Virus record (IMG/VR): IMGVR_UViG_3300035701_000010
Span: 1 to 64,000 of that record
Length of the DNA stretch: 64,000 nt
Origin: a virus
Direction: 5' to 3' (one strand)
Below the pieces are notes generated by a model, which had not been told where the DNA came from, ran no database searches, and was given only the letters and a program-made list of their open reading frames with translations. The translations under genes were made by a program, and so were the position numbers. Shown here piece by piece: positions 62,274-64,000 of the stretch (position 1 is the stretch's first letter; each line of letters starts with the position of its first letter).

Positions 62274-62387
62274 AGAATCCTCCGAGAATCTTTGTAACGA
62301 ACGTTAGTAAGACCGGCCAGTGTATCTCCCAACCCTCTGAACAAGACAGAGTGGGCCTTAGCCGTGGTTAGCGTTCAGCGCCTAGAA

Positions 62388-62750
62388 CTAGCATGGTCTA
62401 GCTCCCTTGCGCTGCATGTCTTTAAGATGGTTTTGAAGATAGTTAGTCAGATACTCTTCTTGAGTTTTCAGATCAAACCTTCTAGGGTTACGGGTTTTAT
62501 TGAAGTTAAAGTATTTTCTTGAATGGTCTTCATGCTGACAATGGCCGTGGTTGATGGCTCCAAGGCATGGACAATCCAAGAAGACTTCGGCTTCAACTTT
62601 ACGAACTCTAACTAGATAGCGATGCTTCTTTACATCCTCATCTCTAAAGACAAGAATATAACCAGGCTTCTCCAAGTAGTAGAGTTCATACCAATCGACT
62701 CTTGTTCTGGTTCTTGGTATGAAGTACCTAGCCTTTTGCAAATGGTTCAC
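62388..62750 (-). CDS. SWIM zinc-finger protein
   Basis: YLV...DCPC-x7-CQH. Confidence 0.65.
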   Translation of the reverse strand: MNHLQKARYFIPRTRTRVDWYELYYLEKPGYILVFRDEDVKKHRYLVRVRKVEAEVFLDCPCLGAINHGHCQHEDHSRKYFNFNKTRNPRRFDLKTQEEYLTNYLQNHLKDMQRKGARPC

Positions 62751-62756
62751 CTCCCT

Positions 62757-63356
62757 TCAGGGCATATCGCAATCATTGAATTGCGAACCAGCATACTGGT
62801 CCAGTTCATCCGCCAGGGCAGGATGGAAGACACAGTTCTGGAAGTAATACATTCCAGGGGGAGGGAGTGGAAGCCCAGACATCTCCCTTCCTTGCCAGCC
62901 ATGCGAAAACTTGAAGTAATGGTGTTTAATAATCGGAAGCGATTCAAATACATCAGCTTCCACCTCTACCAGCATACAAGGGACTTGAAGCAATGGCATT
63001 TTACATCTCCTTGAGCAGTTTAATGTCATGCTCAGGACGGTTAAGGGTTACGGTTCAATTTGATCTTGGTCCAGTTGAAGGGTATAGCCCAATACAGACA
63101 GTTTGTGACTAGTACTGAATTGAGCAGTGATTGGTCGTCCACATTCACAGATTACCATTTGAATTTCTCCACTGTCTTCTTTAGAGAAAGTATACTCTTT
63201 TGCAAATTCTAGGGTTCGTGTGTTAAGGGCATGAAGCTTAATCCCATCATCCAGAATGCGATAGGGTCTCATGCATTGGCACGCCAATTCATAATCTTGC
63301 ATCAAAGGCTGTGCTTCCATCAACGCATTGAACATTTTCATATCATCATTAGTCAT
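62757..63356 (-). other. Two small hypothetical ORFs (62757-62999, 63048-63356)
   Basis: ORF track. Confidence 0.6.
63006..63050 (-). repeat. 45-bp intergenic repeat, copy 2
   Basis: Identical to 60894-60938. Confidence 0.9.
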
Positions 63357-63419
63357 AAATCATTTTCTTTCTTTGTTTAATTCTGTGCGTGTAGGATGCG
63401 CACCCCCCATTAAAGATGG

Positions 63420-63911
63420 TTACGCCGTGACGGGTTCCTGAGTTGTGATTACGGCTTTGGGTTTGGCTCGTTTCTTTGCCAAGGCAGACTTTGTTGCTTT
63501 CAGTTCAGCCTGCAACTGCTTGGCCTTCTGTTCCAGAGACAGGGCATTCTGGATCTTGGTCGCAACAACCTTCCGAGCAAAGCCAAGTTCCTTTGCCCAT
63601 GTTGCTCCGGATCGTGTATCTTTGAGAGCCTTGCGGAAGGCTTTCTCCAGATCAGCATCATCCCACCGCATTTGCGAGCAATAGACCCAAGGATCTTTCG
63701 ACTGACGTCCGTATCCCAATGCCTTTTGCGGCATGTAGAATACGATGTCGTGGTCCCGGACTGCGACCTTGACCCCACCAGCCACACCATGAGCCTGGAA
63801 TGCTCCGATGCCAGACTTAGAAGTGGACTTAGCCTGGATGCGTGTGACCGACAGTTTCATCTCCTTGCAAACCTTCGCAAGGAGGGCTTCAGCATGTGTT
63901 CTAGCACTCAT
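63420..63911 (-). CDS. Lys/Ala-rich basic protein, paralog B
   Basis: AGGAGG RBS before ATG at 63911; clear paralogy to 61581-62273. Confidence 0.85.
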   Translation of the reverse strand: MSARTHAEALLAKVCKEMKLSVTRIQAKSTSKSGIGAFQAHGVAGGVKVAVRDHDIVFYMPQKALGYGRQSKDPWVYCSQMRWDDADLEKAFRKALKDTRSGATWAKELGFARKVVATKIQNALSLEQKAKQLQAELKATKSALAKKRAKPKAVITTQEPVTA

Positions 63912-64000
63912 AATAGTCACCTCCTTTCTTGTGGTTTTGGACACTTTTTCGGTCTTTTTGACCGAAATTGACCGCTTTTTCTTCAGTTCGTTATACTCTT

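Noticed and set aside
1-64000. tRNA, tmRNA or rRNA genes and alternative genetic code
   Set aside because: No cloverleaf or T-loop/CCA context noticed by eye (tRNAscan/ARAGORN not run); conserved genes are intact under code 11

Overview
A 64-kb segment of a large dsDNA bacteriophage genome. Essentially all credible genes are on the minus strand; plus-strand ORFs look like antisense shadows. No structural, packaging, integrase, tRNA, rRNA or CRISPR features were recognised. Left part (1-35 kb): a near-complete replication/recombination module with RuvC-like resolvase, SbcC/SbcD (Rad50/Mre11-like), RecA, gp32-like SSB, HU/IHF, DnaE, primase, DnaB-like helicase, DnaC-like loader, DnaJ, SF2 helicase and family-4 UDG. 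Embedded in it is a candidate DNA hypermodification cluster: a dUMP-hydroxymethylase-type thymidylate synthase homolog, a TAGT/GREB1-like (base J type) glycosyltransferase, a radical SAM/SPASM enzyme, a SAM methyltransferase, two DUF2284-like Cys-rich proteins, an HD 5'-deoxynucleotidase and a GT9-like glycosyltransferase. Right part (35-64 kb): dozens of small hypothetical genes plus a sigma factor, NAD ligase, minimal PolX and SLT transglycosylase, with several clean sigma70-type promoters and one sigma54-like promoter flanked by an IHF-like site. Other notable signals: a 76-aa protein ending in Gly-Gly coupled to a Cys-x-His partner, recurrent compact H-type pseudoknots between stop codons and ribosome-binding sites, a ~230-nt pseudoknotted ncRNA candidate, and a charge-block repeat plus Cys motif shared by SSB and a second protein. 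All family assignments come from motif recognition by eye; no database searches were run.
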